Under the pieces are notes generated by a model, which worked only from the letters and a program-made list of their open reading frames with translations, did no database searches and was not told the DNA's origin. A DNA stretch of 32,000 nt, taken from the NCBI RefSeq assembly GCF_000010065.1, contig NC_006576.1:30001-62000 (forward strand). The letters are read 5' to 3'. Position numbers and translations under genes: made by a program. This DNA comes from Synechococcus elongatus PCC 6301 (GTDB lineage: Bacteria; Cyanobacteriota; Cyanobacteriia; Synechococcales; Synechococcaceae). Below, one piece after another: positions 19,717-29,104 of this stretch. The first letter of the stretch is position 1, and the number at the start of each line of letters is the position of its first letter.

Positions 19717-21130
19717 GCAGCGCTTCTAATGGCTCCCAGTTGTCATCGATTGCGATCGGGTCCCAAACGGATTCAACCACCGGACGAATGGGTGAAATCT
19801 CTGGATTGGCTTGGGCGAGCTGCTGCTGAATGAGCGGCAGTTGCGACTCGGGTAGATGGGTGAGCAGCTGGTGATAGCGATCGCGCCAACCTTGCCACTG
19901 GGCTTCCGGCAAGGCTTCTAGGTCAGTCGTGATCCAATCAGGCAAAATTGCGCTGAGGTCACTGCGCCAACTGGGTTGGAATTGAGCGCGGAGTCTGGCA
20001 AAAAACTCGTTATAGCCGATTGGTGCGCGCAGCAGCAGTTGCAGCGTGGTGATGATCAAGTCATCCGCGATCGCTGAATGGAGCTGATCGGCTTCAAAGC
20101 CTAGACGCCGCAGCATCAAGCGGCTGTAGGTTGCTTGGTAGCGATCGCCAAAACCTGCGATGCCAGCTTCCAGATCGGCTGCCGACATCACCATGCCCAA
20201 GGGCACTTGCAGTAACTCCAGGTTGAGCTGGCAGATGCCGGGCTGATTCTCGTAGCGATAGCGGCCACTGTGGTCGAAGTAGGCGGCGGTGAACTTTGGA
20301 TCGAAGCGATCGAGAAATGCCCACGGGCCATAGTCGAAGCTTTCGCCCACAATCGAAAGGTTGTCGGTGTTGAGGACGGCGTGGCAGAACCCAGCGGCCA
20401 TCCATTGCGCGGCTAGATCCGCAGTCCGTTCCGTCAGTTCTGCGTAGAACTTGGCATCGGCCTCAGGGTCACCCAGTAGATGGGAATAGTAGGTCGCAAT
20501 TACATGATCGAGCAGTTGCCGCACCAGATCCGCCCGTTTGAAGTAGTGCAGGCGCTCAAAGGTGCCAAAGCGAATATGAGTGCGGTTAAAGCGCACCATC
20601 ACCGACGATCGCGTGGGCGAGGGTTCATCACCGCGCCAGAGCTCCTCGCCTGTTTCAATCAAGCTCAGACAACGCCCTGTCCGTACCCCAAGTCGCTGGA
20701 GAAATTCTGAGGCCAACACCTCTCGCACTCCCCCTTTGAGGGTGGGCTTGCCATCGCCGCCCCGGGAATAGGGTGTTCGGCCCGATCCCTTAGTGCCAAA
20801 GTCGTAGAGCCAGCCGTTGCGTCCACGTACTTGGCCGTAGAGGAAACCGCGACCATCGCCCAAGTCTGGGCTGTAAATGCCGAATTGATAGCCGTGGTAG
20901 CGCATCGCCAGCAGCGGCGATCGCCCTTGGAAGCGGCCAAACGCCTCAATGAAGTGCTCATCTGCCACCGTTGCCGGATCGAGCCCGAGGATGGGCAGTA
21001 GGCGATCATTGCGGAACCGCAGCTGGTGCGCAGGGAAGGTCGCAGCTTCAACGGGATCGGAAAATTCACTGCCGAGGCTGGCAAACGCCGGTTCGTAGGG
21101 CAGGGTCAAAAAGGGATTGGTGCTTGGCAT
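19652..21130 (-). CDS. selO: SelO/YdiU family pseudokinase-type protein adenylyltransferase
   Basis: 492 aa. YGHQFG-like motif (RYHGYQFGIYSPDLGDGRGFLYGQV), DFGTKGSGRTPYSRGGDGKPTLKGGVREVLASEFLQRLGV, RTHIRFGTFERL, HAVLNTDNLSIVGESFDYGPWAFLDRFDP. Confidence 0.95.
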   Translation of the reverse strand: MPSTNPFLTLPYEPAFASLGSEFSDPVEAATFPAHQLRFRNDRLLPILGLDPATVADEHFIEAFGRFQGRSPLLAMRYHGYQFGIYSPDLGDGRGFLYGQVRGRNGWLYDFGTKGSGRTPYSRGGDGKPTLKGGVREVLASEFLQRLGVRTGRCLSLIETGEELWRGDEPSPTRSSVMVRFNRTHIRFGTFERLHYFKRADLVRQLLDHVIATYYSHLLGDPEADAKFYAELTERTADLAAQWMAAGFCHAVLNTDNLSIVGESFDYGPWAFLDRFDPKFTAAYFDHSGRYRYENQPGICQLNLELLQVPLGMVMSAADLEAGIAGFGDRYQATYSRLMLRRLGFEADQLHSAIADDLIITTLQLLLRAPIGYNEFFARLRAQFQPSWRSDLSAILPDWITTDLEALPEAQWQGWRDRYHQLLTHLPESQLPLIQQQLAQANPEISPIRPVVESVWDPIAIDDNWEPLEALLNRWRHDGDGAADGAVVPNAN

Positions 21131-21170
21131 TCCTCTATTAGACCGCTTCCAGTTGGCTGCAACGAGTTTC

Positions 21171-21983
21171 TCAAGTTGAGGTTCCCGTTGCGAGGCGATC
21201 GCGAAATTGGCGAAGTTGTTTCAAGAGGCGATCGCGATCAAAGCTCCGGGGATCAATCCGCTCCCCCGAGAGATCGACCTCCTTATGGGTAGTGATGCGC
21301 TCTGCCGGAACCTCAGTTTGAGCAATCAACCAAGCCAAACTCCGGTACCGCGCGACGGTGTAGCCACTGTGCGGGGGGTCAGAATCCTGCCCATCTAGCG
21401 GCGTCTCAAGGGAGATGTGATAGGAAAAACTATTGACCGAAGGTGGGTGCTCGGGATCGCCGTAGAGCGTCTCCAGTCCTTCGGCGGTGTCAAAGCCCGA
21501 CTCTGCCGCACCATAGGCTTTGGCTTGAGCAGGCACGATCGAGATCACAGCACCATTGCGGCGAATGATGGCGTGGTAGCTAGCAGCTTCAGAATCCTCA
21601 AGGTCGCCGCGCGGGAACCAATCGATCGCTGAATCGGCTGAGTAGAACGTTTCATGCAGCACAATCAAGGGTTCGTTGTCGACGAGGCTACCATCGGCGT
21701 TGAAGCGCAGTCGCTCACCGTAATTATTGGGATGGGCCCAGGCAATCTCAGAGGCTGGTGTTTGGTCCGCTAGTTCGGGTGCAGGACGGCGAAAAAACTG
21801 TTGAAAGGCGATTGCAGTAGGGAGGGGCACCAGCGATTGCGACTGTTGTCGGTCGTGTAGAAGAACCCCCGTTAGCAGTACCCCTAGGAAGAGCAGCAAA
21901 CAGGCCAAACGCTGCCAGAATCGGCGCCGCAACAATGCTGCAACAAGCCTGGACACAGGCGATCGCTCCTCAAGGATCGGCAC
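21171..21983 (-). CDS. N-acetylmuramoyl-L-alanine amidase (amidase_2/PGRP fold), membrane-anchored
   Basis: 270 aa. N-terminal TM segment LACLLLFLGVLLTGVLL, then LIVLHETFYSADSAIDWF, SYHAIIRRNGAVISIVP, SVNSFSYHISLE and ERITTHKEVD. Confidence 0.85.
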   Translation of the reverse strand: MPILEERSPVSRLVAALLRRRFWQRLACLLLFLGVLLTGVLLHDRQQSQSLVPLPTAIAFQQFFRRPAPELADQTPASEIAWAHPNNYGERLRFNADGSLVDNEPLIVLHETFYSADSAIDWFPRGDLEDSEAASYHAIIRRNGAVISIVPAQAKAYGAAESGFDTAEGLETLYGDPEHPPSVNSFSYHISLETPLDGQDSDPPHSGYTVARYRSLAWLIAQTEVPAERITTHKEVDLSGERIDPRSFDRDRLLKQLRQFRDRLATGTST

Positions 21984-22328
21984 GACTCTGCTAGATCATC
22001 TGACGATCTGTCTGTCAAATCCAGCACAAGCCTAGCAACTCCAGAGTCTTGTCTCGGAGCAAGCTCTATCGCGATTCTGAATCGCCGTGATGGGGCGATC
22101 GCCACTTGGGCCAACGGGTTCCCATCTCCGTGGCTGCCGACCAGCAGAGATAGAGTATGAGCACTACAATTCCTGCCAAAAAAGGCAGTAAATCATCGGG
22201 CATTGCGGCACCTCCTCATGTGATGCAAACGGCAAACTTTAGATTAGCGATCTCGCTGCAATCGCAGCTGCCCACGCTGGCCAAGCGATCGTGTCACGAT
22301 CAAAGCGATTGCTTCCTGTCGTTGCGCC

Positions 22329-23639
22329 ATGTCTTCTGCTACGCGCCGCCGCCTCGCGATCTGGTACACCCTGCTGACTGCCATCCTCTTGCTGGCCTTT
22401 GCAGTGAGTGCTTATGTCTATGCGCGCGGCACGCTGATCGATCGTGTCGACGACACCCTCAGCCACGTTGTGGAAGTGATCGAGCGATCGCTGGTGATAG
22501 AACCAACGGGCCCCAGCCGCACCCCCCAAGTCAACCTCGAGATCAGTTTTCGCAGCCGCGAAGCCAGTGCAGAAGCCGATCGCATTGACTTGGAGTGGTT
22601 TAGCCCCAGTGGTGACTTACTCTGGAGCACCCTCGATGCACCACTGGCCGTGCCCCTATCCCTGAGCCGACGAGCTGAAACCGTCAGTTTCCCGAGCGCC
22701 TACGATGAGCCGGCCTTGGTACGCCAGCTAACTGAGCCTGTCATTTTCGATCGCCAATTGCTGGGCTACCTGCGGGTTAGTCATCCCTGGTTTGAAGTCA
22801 GTGCGCCCATCCAGCAACTCCTGATCGATCTCAGCTTTGGCAGTGCTCTGATGCTGGTTGCGGTGGCGGCAACCGGCTGGTTTTTATCAGGTTTGGCCAT
22901 GCGCCCAGTCTACGAGTCTTACGGGCAGCTCAAGCAATTTACGGCGGATGCTTCCCATGAACTGCGCAATCCGATCGCGACGATTCAGGCCAATGTGCAA
23001 GCCGCCCTGACTGAGCCCCAAGGCTTGGCCCCCGAACAACAGCAAGTTTTGCAGGTCATTGAACGCTTGACCCGTCGCCTTGGCAGCCTTGTTGATGATC
23101 TGCTGTTCTTGGCCCGCCAAGATAGCGGTCTACAGCAACCGGCTCCAATCCAAAACCTCGATTTAGATGCCCTCCTACTGGATGTGGTCGAGGAGCAAAG
23201 TCTCTATGCCCAAGAGCAAAACCTGAGCTTAGATTTACAGCTGCCTGATGCGGATCAGGCCCTGCAGCTGACTGGAGTGCGGGAACAACTGGCTCGCCTG
23301 TTCACCAATTTGATCGCCAACGCTCTGCAGTACACACCAGCATCGGGTCAGGTGACGGTTCAGGTGCAGCCACTTAATCAAGGACTGCAAGTGGAAGTTC
23401 GCGACAGCGGCATTGGCATCAGTCCCGAGACGTTGCCTCACGTCTTTGAGCGGTTTTATCGTGCCGATCCAGCCCGGCGACCGCGCGATCGCGGCGGCTC
23501 TGGCTTAGGACTGGCGATCGCTCAAGCAATTGTGGAGCGTCACCACGGCAAAATCCACCTGCGCAGTCAAGTCGGGCAAGGAACAACCGCGGTCGTTTGG
23601 CTACCATTCAATCAGCCGGATGCAGCGCGTTCCCTTTAA
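22329..23639 (+). CDS. Membrane-bound two-component sensor histidine kinase
   Basis: 436 aa. Two TM segments; H-box FTADASHELRNPIATIQANV; N-box FTNLIANALQYTPASG; G1/G2 VRDSGIGISPE and RGGSGLGLAIAQAIVERHHG. Confidence 0.95.
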   Translation: MSSATRRRLAIWYTLLTAILLLAFAVSAYVYARGTLIDRVDDTLSHVVEVIERSLVIEPTGPSRTPQVNLEISFRSREASAEADRIDLEWFSPSGDLLWSTLDAPLAVPLSLSRRAETVSFPSAYDEPALVRQLTEPVIFDRQLLGYLRVSHPWFEVSAPIQQLLIDLSFGSALMLVAVAATGWFLSGLAMRPVYESYGQLKQFTADASHELRNPIATIQANVQAALTEPQGLAPEQQQVLQVIERLTRRLGSLVDDLLFLARQDSGLQQPAPIQNLDLDALLLDVVEEQSLYAQEQNLSLDLQLPDADQALQLTGVREQLARLFTNLIANALQYTPASGQVTVQVQPLNQGLQVEVRDSGIGISPETLPHVFERFYRADPARRPRDRGGSGLGLAIAQAIVERHHGKIHLRSQVGQGTTAVVWLPFNQPDAARSL

Positions 23640-23701
23640 CCGCGATCGCCCTAGATTGACTCGTGTCCAGAGCGATCACCCAGCCAGACTATCGACTTGC
23701 G

Positions 23702-24142
23702 CTAGTCCGTTAAATCAAGGGTGAATGACTTGGCGTTTTTGGTGTCAATTTCTGAGAAACCTTGCGTGAGGTAGCCCCGACGTTCGCAGTTTTGGTCCCC
23801 TAAAATTGAGAATTCTTCGGGGTCACGAATGCAGAAATTGTAGTCGCCTTCCCAGAGCAGAGAAGCATCTGTATTTTCAGCATAGTAGTAGTAATAGCGA
23901 AGCTTTAAGCGGCCGCCAACCACCGTTTCGCAGCCCCGTGGGGAAATGCTATACCACCCCCGCGATCGCCAGGATTCTCCCTCCTTATAGCCGACGGCGA
24001 GATTGACGGTCTTGCGTGTTTTGTTGCAGATCACCAGTTCGGCACTGGCTGGCTCTGCAAAACTGCTGAACCCTAACCACGCCACCGTTGAGACTGCTGC
24101 GATCGAGCAAACCTGGCGAACACCCGAGAATAACTGCTTCAT
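23702..24142 (-). CDS. DUF1036 secreted protein
   Basis: 146 aa. Signal peptide (CSIAAVSTVAWLGFSSFAEPASA|E) followed by LVICNKTRKTVNLAVGYKEGESWRSRGWYSISPRGCETVV...YYYYYAEN, typical of DUF1036. Confidence 0.88.
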   Translation of the reverse strand: MKQLFSGVRQVCSIAAVSTVAWLGFSSFAEPASAELVICNKTRKTVNLAVGYKEGESWRSRGWYSISPRGCETVVGGRLKLRYYYYYAENTDASLLWEGDYNFCIRDPEEFSILGDQNCERRGYLTQGFSEIDTKNAKSFTLDLTD

Positions 24143-24224
24143 TCAATTCAGGCGCAAAATCTACTTTCAGTGTCGGGGATTCATTCCTGACTGACAACAA
24201 TGTTCCTTTAATTATTGCTAAGCG

Positions 24225-26804
24225 TTAACGTCTCTGAATGATTACGGTTTGCGGTGCCTGTGCTAACAGATCTTTCCAGAGGGTTGTGGTGGGCAGCTGT
24301 TCCAAGGTCATCGATAGCATCACCGCTTCGATCCCTCGACTTTGCATCACATCCAATAGCACTGCTGTCACCGATCGCGCACAGATCAAGTCTGCTTGGA
24401 TGGGTTGCCGCAGGCGGTTCTCCAGTCGTCGCTGCAGCTGCTGGAGACGGTTGGCTGAAACGGTTTGTCGAGGGAGGTCGATCTGACAGAGGGAGATATC
24501 TGGATCGGTAATCAACTGCAGGATTTGTTCCAAGGGCTCGGCCAAACCTGTCTGGGGCACCTGGGCGCTGAGGGGAATCAGCCAATGGCGTAGCGGCAGA
24601 GTCGGGCGATCGCCCTGCAGGAGTGGCGCCTTGGCCAGGAATGCAGCCCCGGGTTTGACCAACAGCACCCGGCAGGGAGCCTGCTGCAAAATCTGATCAA
24701 TCCCTTCGCGGAACAGCCGTTGGGCTAAGGAAGCCCCGCCACCCCAGCCCATCACGAGATCGTTGATGTGGCGATCGCTAATCGTTTCTAGAATCGCAGC
24801 AGAAAGATCGTGACAAACCCGGACTTGCGTATGAACCGGAATCTGCCAGCGTCGGCCCAACCGCTCGGCCTGCCGCAACATTCGCCGTGCTCCAAGAGTT
24901 GAAACTGCTGTTTGAGAGGGATCGGCTTCGCGAGAGACAGGAATCAGGTGCAGACATTCCAGCTCGTAGTTCCGCAAACTGGCGAGCCCTGCCGCCAACT
25001 GCAACAGAGATTGAGCTGTGCGCGGATTGGCCAGTAGCACTAGCAGACGTCCTTGGCCGGTAGCGGGCGATCGCGTTTCGTAGGCGACGTAGGAGGGGGC
25101 GATCGGCGTCGCAGCAATATCTTGACCGCTTAGGAGTTCCGATTCGGCCCGAATGATGTCGGCTCGTGTGATGATTCCGACCAGCTTGCGGCCATCGACC
25201 ACGGGCAACCGGCTGATTTGGAAGCGGTTCAGCACGTAAAGAACGTGGGCCAGAGTGTCTTGGGGGGCAACTGTCAGCGGGTGAGGCGTCATGATTTCGC
25301 TGAGCCGCACGGACTCGCCTTTGCCTTTGAGGGTTTGTTCATCCAGATCGGAGCTGGTAACAATGCCGACTAGAGCACCTTTTTGAGTAACAGGAAAACC
25401 TCGGTGGTGAGTGCGGTTGAATTGCTGGATTACTTCAGTCAGGGGTAGGCTGGCTTCCAGAGTTTCCACAGGACTAGCCATCACCTGGGCAGCAGTCAGA
25501 CCCAAGCTGCTGTTGAGAGTTGGCAAGGCGCCAACCACTGCGGCTGCTTTGCTGGGCGATCGCGCCAAGCTGGCAATTCCATAGGCGGTAATCGAGGCCA
25601 CCATCAGCGGTAACACTGCGTTGAAATCGCGGGTCATCTCGAACACAATCACGATCGCCGTGATCGGCCCTTGGGTGACGGCGCTAAACATCGCGCCCAT
25701 ACCCGCCAAGGCATAGGTTGCCGGAGCATCGATCCGCAGCGGAATCCCAACCTGCAAAAAGATCGCCTGAATGGAAAGCACCACGCCCAGACCCAAACTG
25801 GAACCGAGCACCAGCGCTGGCGCAAAAATCCCGCCAGAAGCCCCTGATCCAGCAGCCACCAGCGTCAGACCAAAGTTGATCGCCAACATCAGCAACGCGA
25901 TCGAGCCACTGTCCGGGATGGTCACCCTAAAGGGGTTACTCAGGCCTTGCCGCAGCGCAGCAGGGAGCAACAGCAGTAGTAAGGCCGAGATCCCACTGGC
26001 GATCGCAACCCGCCAAGGCAGCCCCTTGAGCGGTAAGCGTTCATAACAGCGTTGACTGAACGCCAAGCCGCGATTGAACAAAATGCCTAGGCCCCCTGCA
26101 AACAGTCCTAAAAGTAGGACAACGGGCAGCTCAGGCACGGTCAGGGCGGCTGGAGCAGCAACAATTTCAGAGCTGAAACTCAGGCTTTGACTGCCGAGAA
26201 TTCCCGAAACAACTGCCCCAATAAAGGCTGCGAGGACTGCTGTCCCAAGGGTGAAGCTAGAGACATCATGGAGCAGTTGCTCCAGCACTAGCATCACACC
26301 GGCTAGCGGTGCATTAAAGCCAGCCGCGAGGCCAGCGGCAGCCCCGGAAGCAATCAACTGTCGTCGGTAGTCTGGCGAGGTGGGGAACCACTGGCTCATC
26401 TGACCCGCGAGGGAAGCGCCCACTTGCACGGTTGGGCCTTGCCGCCTTAGGGGCAGCCCTGAACCAACCACCAGCATCGTGCTGGCAATTTTGACGATCG
26501 CAACCCGTAGGTTCAAGGCGATGCGGCTGCCTGACAGTGCGGCTTGCACTTGGCTGATGCCGCTGCCCTCGGCTTCGGGGGCAAACCGTTGCACCAGCCA
26601 ACCGGCGATCGCGCCCAGAATCGGTGGCAAAAGGAGCTGCAGGCCAAGTGGCAGTCCCGGGCGATCGCGCAGATCTTGAACACCCGTTGCACCCAGTTTG
26701 AGCAGGAAGGCACTCGCCCCTGAAACCAGCCCGATTGCGCAAGCTTCCAGCACAGCCCACTGCTGCGCTTTAGCAAACCGTGGCGGAAAACGCAGACGAA
26801 ACAC
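24225..26804 (-). CDS. ClC-family chloride transport protein with C-terminal CBS pair and a USP-like domain; gate residues diverged
   Basis: 859 aa. EAEGSGISQV, RRQGPTVQVGASL, GLAAGFNAPLAGVMLVLEQLLHD and GSGASGGIFAPALV. CBS repeats (IMTPHPLTVAPQDTLAHVLYVLNRFQISRLPVVDGRKLVGIITRADII). C-terminal region LLVLLANPRTAQSLLQLAAGL...DLVMGWGGGASLAQRLFREGIDQILQQAPCRVLLVK resembles universal stress protein domains. Confidence 0.92.
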   Translation of the reverse strand: MFRLRFPPRFAKAQQWAVLEACAIGLVSGASAFLLKLGATGVQDLRDRPGLPLGLQLLLPPILGAIAGWLVQRFAPEAEGSGISQVQAALSGSRIALNLRVAIVKIASTMLVVGSGLPLRRQGPTVQVGASLAGQMSQWFPTSPDYRRQLIASGAAAGLAAGFNAPLAGVMLVLEQLLHDVSSFTLGTAVLAAFIGAVVSGILGSQSLSFSSEIVAAPAALTVPELPVVLLLGLFAGGLGILFNRGLAFSQRCYERLPLKGLPWRVAIASGISALLLLLLPAALRQGLSNPFRVTIPDSGSIALLMLAINFGLTLVAAGSGASGGIFAPALVLGSSLGLGVVLSIQAIFLQVGIPLRIDAPATYALAGMGAMFSAVTQGPITAIVIVFEMTRDFNAVLPLMVASITAYGIASLARSPSKAAAVVGALPTLNSSLGLTAAQVMASPVETLEASLPLTEVIQQFNRTHHRGFPVTQKGALVGIVTSSDLDEQTLKGKGESVRLSEIMTPHPLTVAPQDTLAHVLYVLNRFQISRLPVVDGRKLVGIITRADIIRAESELLSGQDIAATPIAPSYVAYETRSPATGQGRLLVLLANPRTAQSLLQLAAGLASLRNYELECLHLIPVSREADPSQTAVSTLGARRMLRQAERLGRRWQIPVHTQVRVCHDLSAAILETISDRHINDLVMGWGGGASLAQRLFREGIDQILQQAPCRVLLVKPGAAFLAKAPLLQGDRPTLPLRHWLIPLSAQVPQTGLAEPLEQILQLITDPDISLCQIDLPRQTVSANRLQQLQRRLENRLRQPIQADLICARSVTAVLLDVMQSRGIEAVMLSMTLEQLPTTTLWKDLLAQAPQTVIIQRR

Positions 26805-26950
26805 GCGTCAGGTTAGCGAAACGCTTGTGTAGCCTAGCGCGAGATCTCAATTTGCAGCGATTGAAGGGGCCGATCTGACGACCGGAGTGAGCAAGTCCCG
26901 CATAGGCTCGCCTTCACTGTTGTGGGGCAGGACGCCGATTCCCAGCTTGC

Positions 26951-28240
26951 CTACGTCGCACTGACCAGGGAAAGCGCTGGCACTGCGATCGCAGGAGTCC
27001 AGCAGTTACCCTGCCAACTCAGGTCGTTGGCCAGCTGACAGTCTTGCAAGGCAGTGTAGACATTCCCCGCCAGCATGGTGTCTTTGACTCGGCCAGTGAT
27101 GTGGCCGTTTTGAATGCGATAGCCCAGGTCAACGTTGACGGAAAAATCACCCGCTAAATCGGGACCACCGCCTAGGGTTTGATCGAGCAGAATACCATCG
27201 TCGATCGCGGCAATCAGTGCAGCCAAAGAAGCAGTGCCCGGTTCTAAGCAACAGTTGACCAGTGCCGGTTGGGGATAGCTTCCCAGCCCAGGGCGGAAAC
27301 CATTGCCCGTTTTCTCGCTTGGATGCGAACCACAACGGCGATCGCGGTAGAAGCCCTTCAAAACCCCGGCTTCAATCAGGGTGAATGTCTGGGTGCGATC
27401 GCCTGCATCATCAAAAGGACAGGCATAGGGTCCAAAGTCAGGTCTTTGGCTGAGTGTCACTGCCGGACTGAGAATGCGATTGCCCAGCCGCTCACTCCAA
27501 GGTGAGCTACCTTCCTGCACCCGTTGACCATTCAAGGCCGCTTGCACGGTGCCCCAGAGTAAATCCGTCGCTCGGGCCGCAATCACCACTGGGCGTTGCC
27601 CTTGAGGTGCTGGTACGCTTTGCTCGGCCCATTGCAAGCGCTGCAAAATTGAGGTGGTCAGGGCGTTTGGATCCAAGACTGCTTGGTCTAAGGCCTCTTC
27701 GCCAACCGCTAGAAAATCCTCGCCTCGCGTCCACTCCACCTGCAGATAGGCGCTGAGGCTAACATCCTGCTGCTGTAGATTCAGCCCCCGACTGTCGATC
27801 AGGCGCACCGCTTCCTGACTACAGGTCCATTCGCCGCTGCAGAGTACTGCCGGATAGCGGTCGCGGATGTGGGCGATCGCCGAGCGCCCTGCGGTCATCA
27901 ACGCCTCTACCGCCACCGGCGATCGCGAATCGGGAAACTGCGCCTGCCAAGGATCGGCTAAAAGCGGTTCTTCTGGATCATTGAGATCACTGAGGGCACA
28001 GGCTCGGTCGACCAATTGCTGTGGATCGACGGCGCCATAGGCCACCGCTAGCCCGGGTTTGCCCTGCCGCCACAAGCGCAGAGCGACCCCCTCCGACTGA
28101 GTGGACTCCAGTTGCTTCAGTTCATTGGCTTCGAAGTAGACCGGACGGGATTCGCTGCTCGTCCAATAGACCTCAGCCAGCTCCGCGCCCGATCGCTGTG
28201 CTAAATCTAGCAGTTGTTCCGGCTGCAATTCGCTGCTCAT
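26951..28240 (-). CDS. pmbA: TldD/PmbA family metallopeptidase-like protein (PmbA type)
   Basis: 429 aa. AEVYWTSSESRPVYFEANELKQLESTQSEGVALRLWRQGKPGLAVAY, and C-terminal GGGPDLAGDFSVNVDLGYRIQNGHITGRVKDTMLAGNVYTAL. Confidence 0.88.
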   Translation of the reverse strand: MSSELQPEQLLDLAQRSGAELAEVYWTSSESRPVYFEANELKQLESTQSEGVALRLWRQGKPGLAVAYGAVDPQQLVDRACALSDLNDPEEPLLADPWQAQFPDSRSPVAVEALMTAGRSAIAHIRDRYPAVLCSGEWTCSQEAVRLIDSRGLNLQQQDVSLSAYLQVEWTRGEDFLAVGEEALDQAVLDPNALTTSILQRLQWAEQSVPAPQGQRPVVIAARATDLLWGTVQAALNGQRVQEGSSPWSERLGNRILSPAVTLSQRPDFGPYACPFDDAGDRTQTFTLIEAGVLKGFYRDRRCGSHPSEKTGNGFRPGLGSYPQPALVNCCLEPGTASLAALIAAIDDGILLDQTLGGGPDLAGDFSVNVDLGYRIQNGHITGRVKDTMLAGNVYTALQDCQLANDLSWQGNCWTPAIAVPALSLVSAT

Positions 28241-28243
28241 CGC

Positions 28244-29101
28244 CTACCCTAGCGGCAACTCGCGCAGCAACCAGAAACCGGCAAAGCGATCGCTGTTGGG
28301 ATCGACTTGCACGGCCAAGAAGTGCAGTCCCTTTGCCGCCTGTTTCGCAGCGTTAAACTGAGTCGCTTCCTGCTGAAGGGCTGGGACGTTCAGTGCTGCT
28401 AAAGTCCAGCGCTCACTGCCACCCGTTTCCAAGAGCAGTTGTTTGGCTGGCGAATCGTAGGTTAGCCAAGCCGGTTCCAGTCCCGAAAGCCAAGCGGCGA
28501 TCGGCATGGCGCGACTTGCAAAGATGATCAGGCCAGGAATCGGTGTCTCGTCGGGCAAATCAATCCCAGCCAGCGGGAAAGCTTCCCCAAAATCGATCCC
28601 CCATTCCCCATGCTCCGCCAGTGCCGCGAAGGGCAAATCGACAAAGGCCCAGCGATCGCCCCGCAGGGCATCAGGCAAGGGCTGGGGGGCTTCGTCGGGC
28701 ATCTGAACCCCTGCAACTGGGCCAGGGTTGTAGCCGGGATGCGTCGCATAGACCTGCTGTCGCCGCTCTTCCAGCCAGTTGTGGAGACTGACGGTTCGGC
28801 GACTGAGCTGACAGGGGAGCCCCAGATCCGTGCAGGCCTTGCGAATCATGTTGTTCATCGGCCGCCGGAAGTAGCGAATCCGATCGGGGGGCGTGCCTGC
28901 TTCGGCGATCGCGCTTTTCAAGGCATCCTGCAGCGTCACCGAGTTGACCTGATCGCCGGTGACAAAGTCGGCATAGCGAAAAGTCACGGCGGGAGCCTCA
29001 ACAGTGGTCACGGTTTCCGCGATCGCCACTTCCCAAAGCTTTTTGCCTGCCTCATCAAGGATCGGCCGCGAGTAAAAATCGAGTTCCCAAATGCGGGTCA
29101 T
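28244..29101 (-). CDS. Tab2/Atab2-like RNA-binding protein (DUF1092)
   Basis: 285 aa. Begins with the hallmark TRIWELDFYSRPILDEAGKKLWEVAI; contains IRYFRRPMNNMI, LPCQLSRRTVSLHNWLEER and C-terminal AKGLHFLAVQVDPNSDRFAGFWLLRE. Confidence 0.88.
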   Translation of the reverse strand: MTRIWELDFYSRPILDEAGKKLWEVAIAETVTTVEAPAVTFRYADFVTGDQVNSVTLQDALKSAIAEAGTPPDRIRYFRRPMNNMIRKACTDLGLPCQLSRRTVSLHNWLEERRQQVYATHPGYNPGPVAGVQMPDEAPQPLPDALRGDRWAFVDLPFAALAEHGEWGIDFGEAFPLAGIDLPDETPIPGLIIFASRAMPIAAWLSGLEPAWLTYDSPAKQLLLETGGSERWTLAALNVPALQQEATQFNAAKQAAKGLHFLAVQVDPNSDRFAGFWLLRELPLG

Positions 29102-29104
29102 GCC

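Noticed and set aside
22173-22188. Hairpin CTGCC-AAAAAA-GGCAG
   Set aside because: Only 5 bp of stem and no T tract on either useful side; it lies between divergent genes, where a terminator is not needed. Likely chance.
22157-22588. 143-aa ORF overlapping the histidine kinase start
   Set aside because: Most of it is the out-of-frame reading of the kinase N-terminus; no recognisable domain and low plausibility. A tiny gene starting at 22157 cannot be fully excluded.
26314-26760. 148-aa ORF in an alternate - frame inside the second ClC
   Set aside because: Same-strand out-of-frame reading of a well-supported membrane protein gene; composition artefact.
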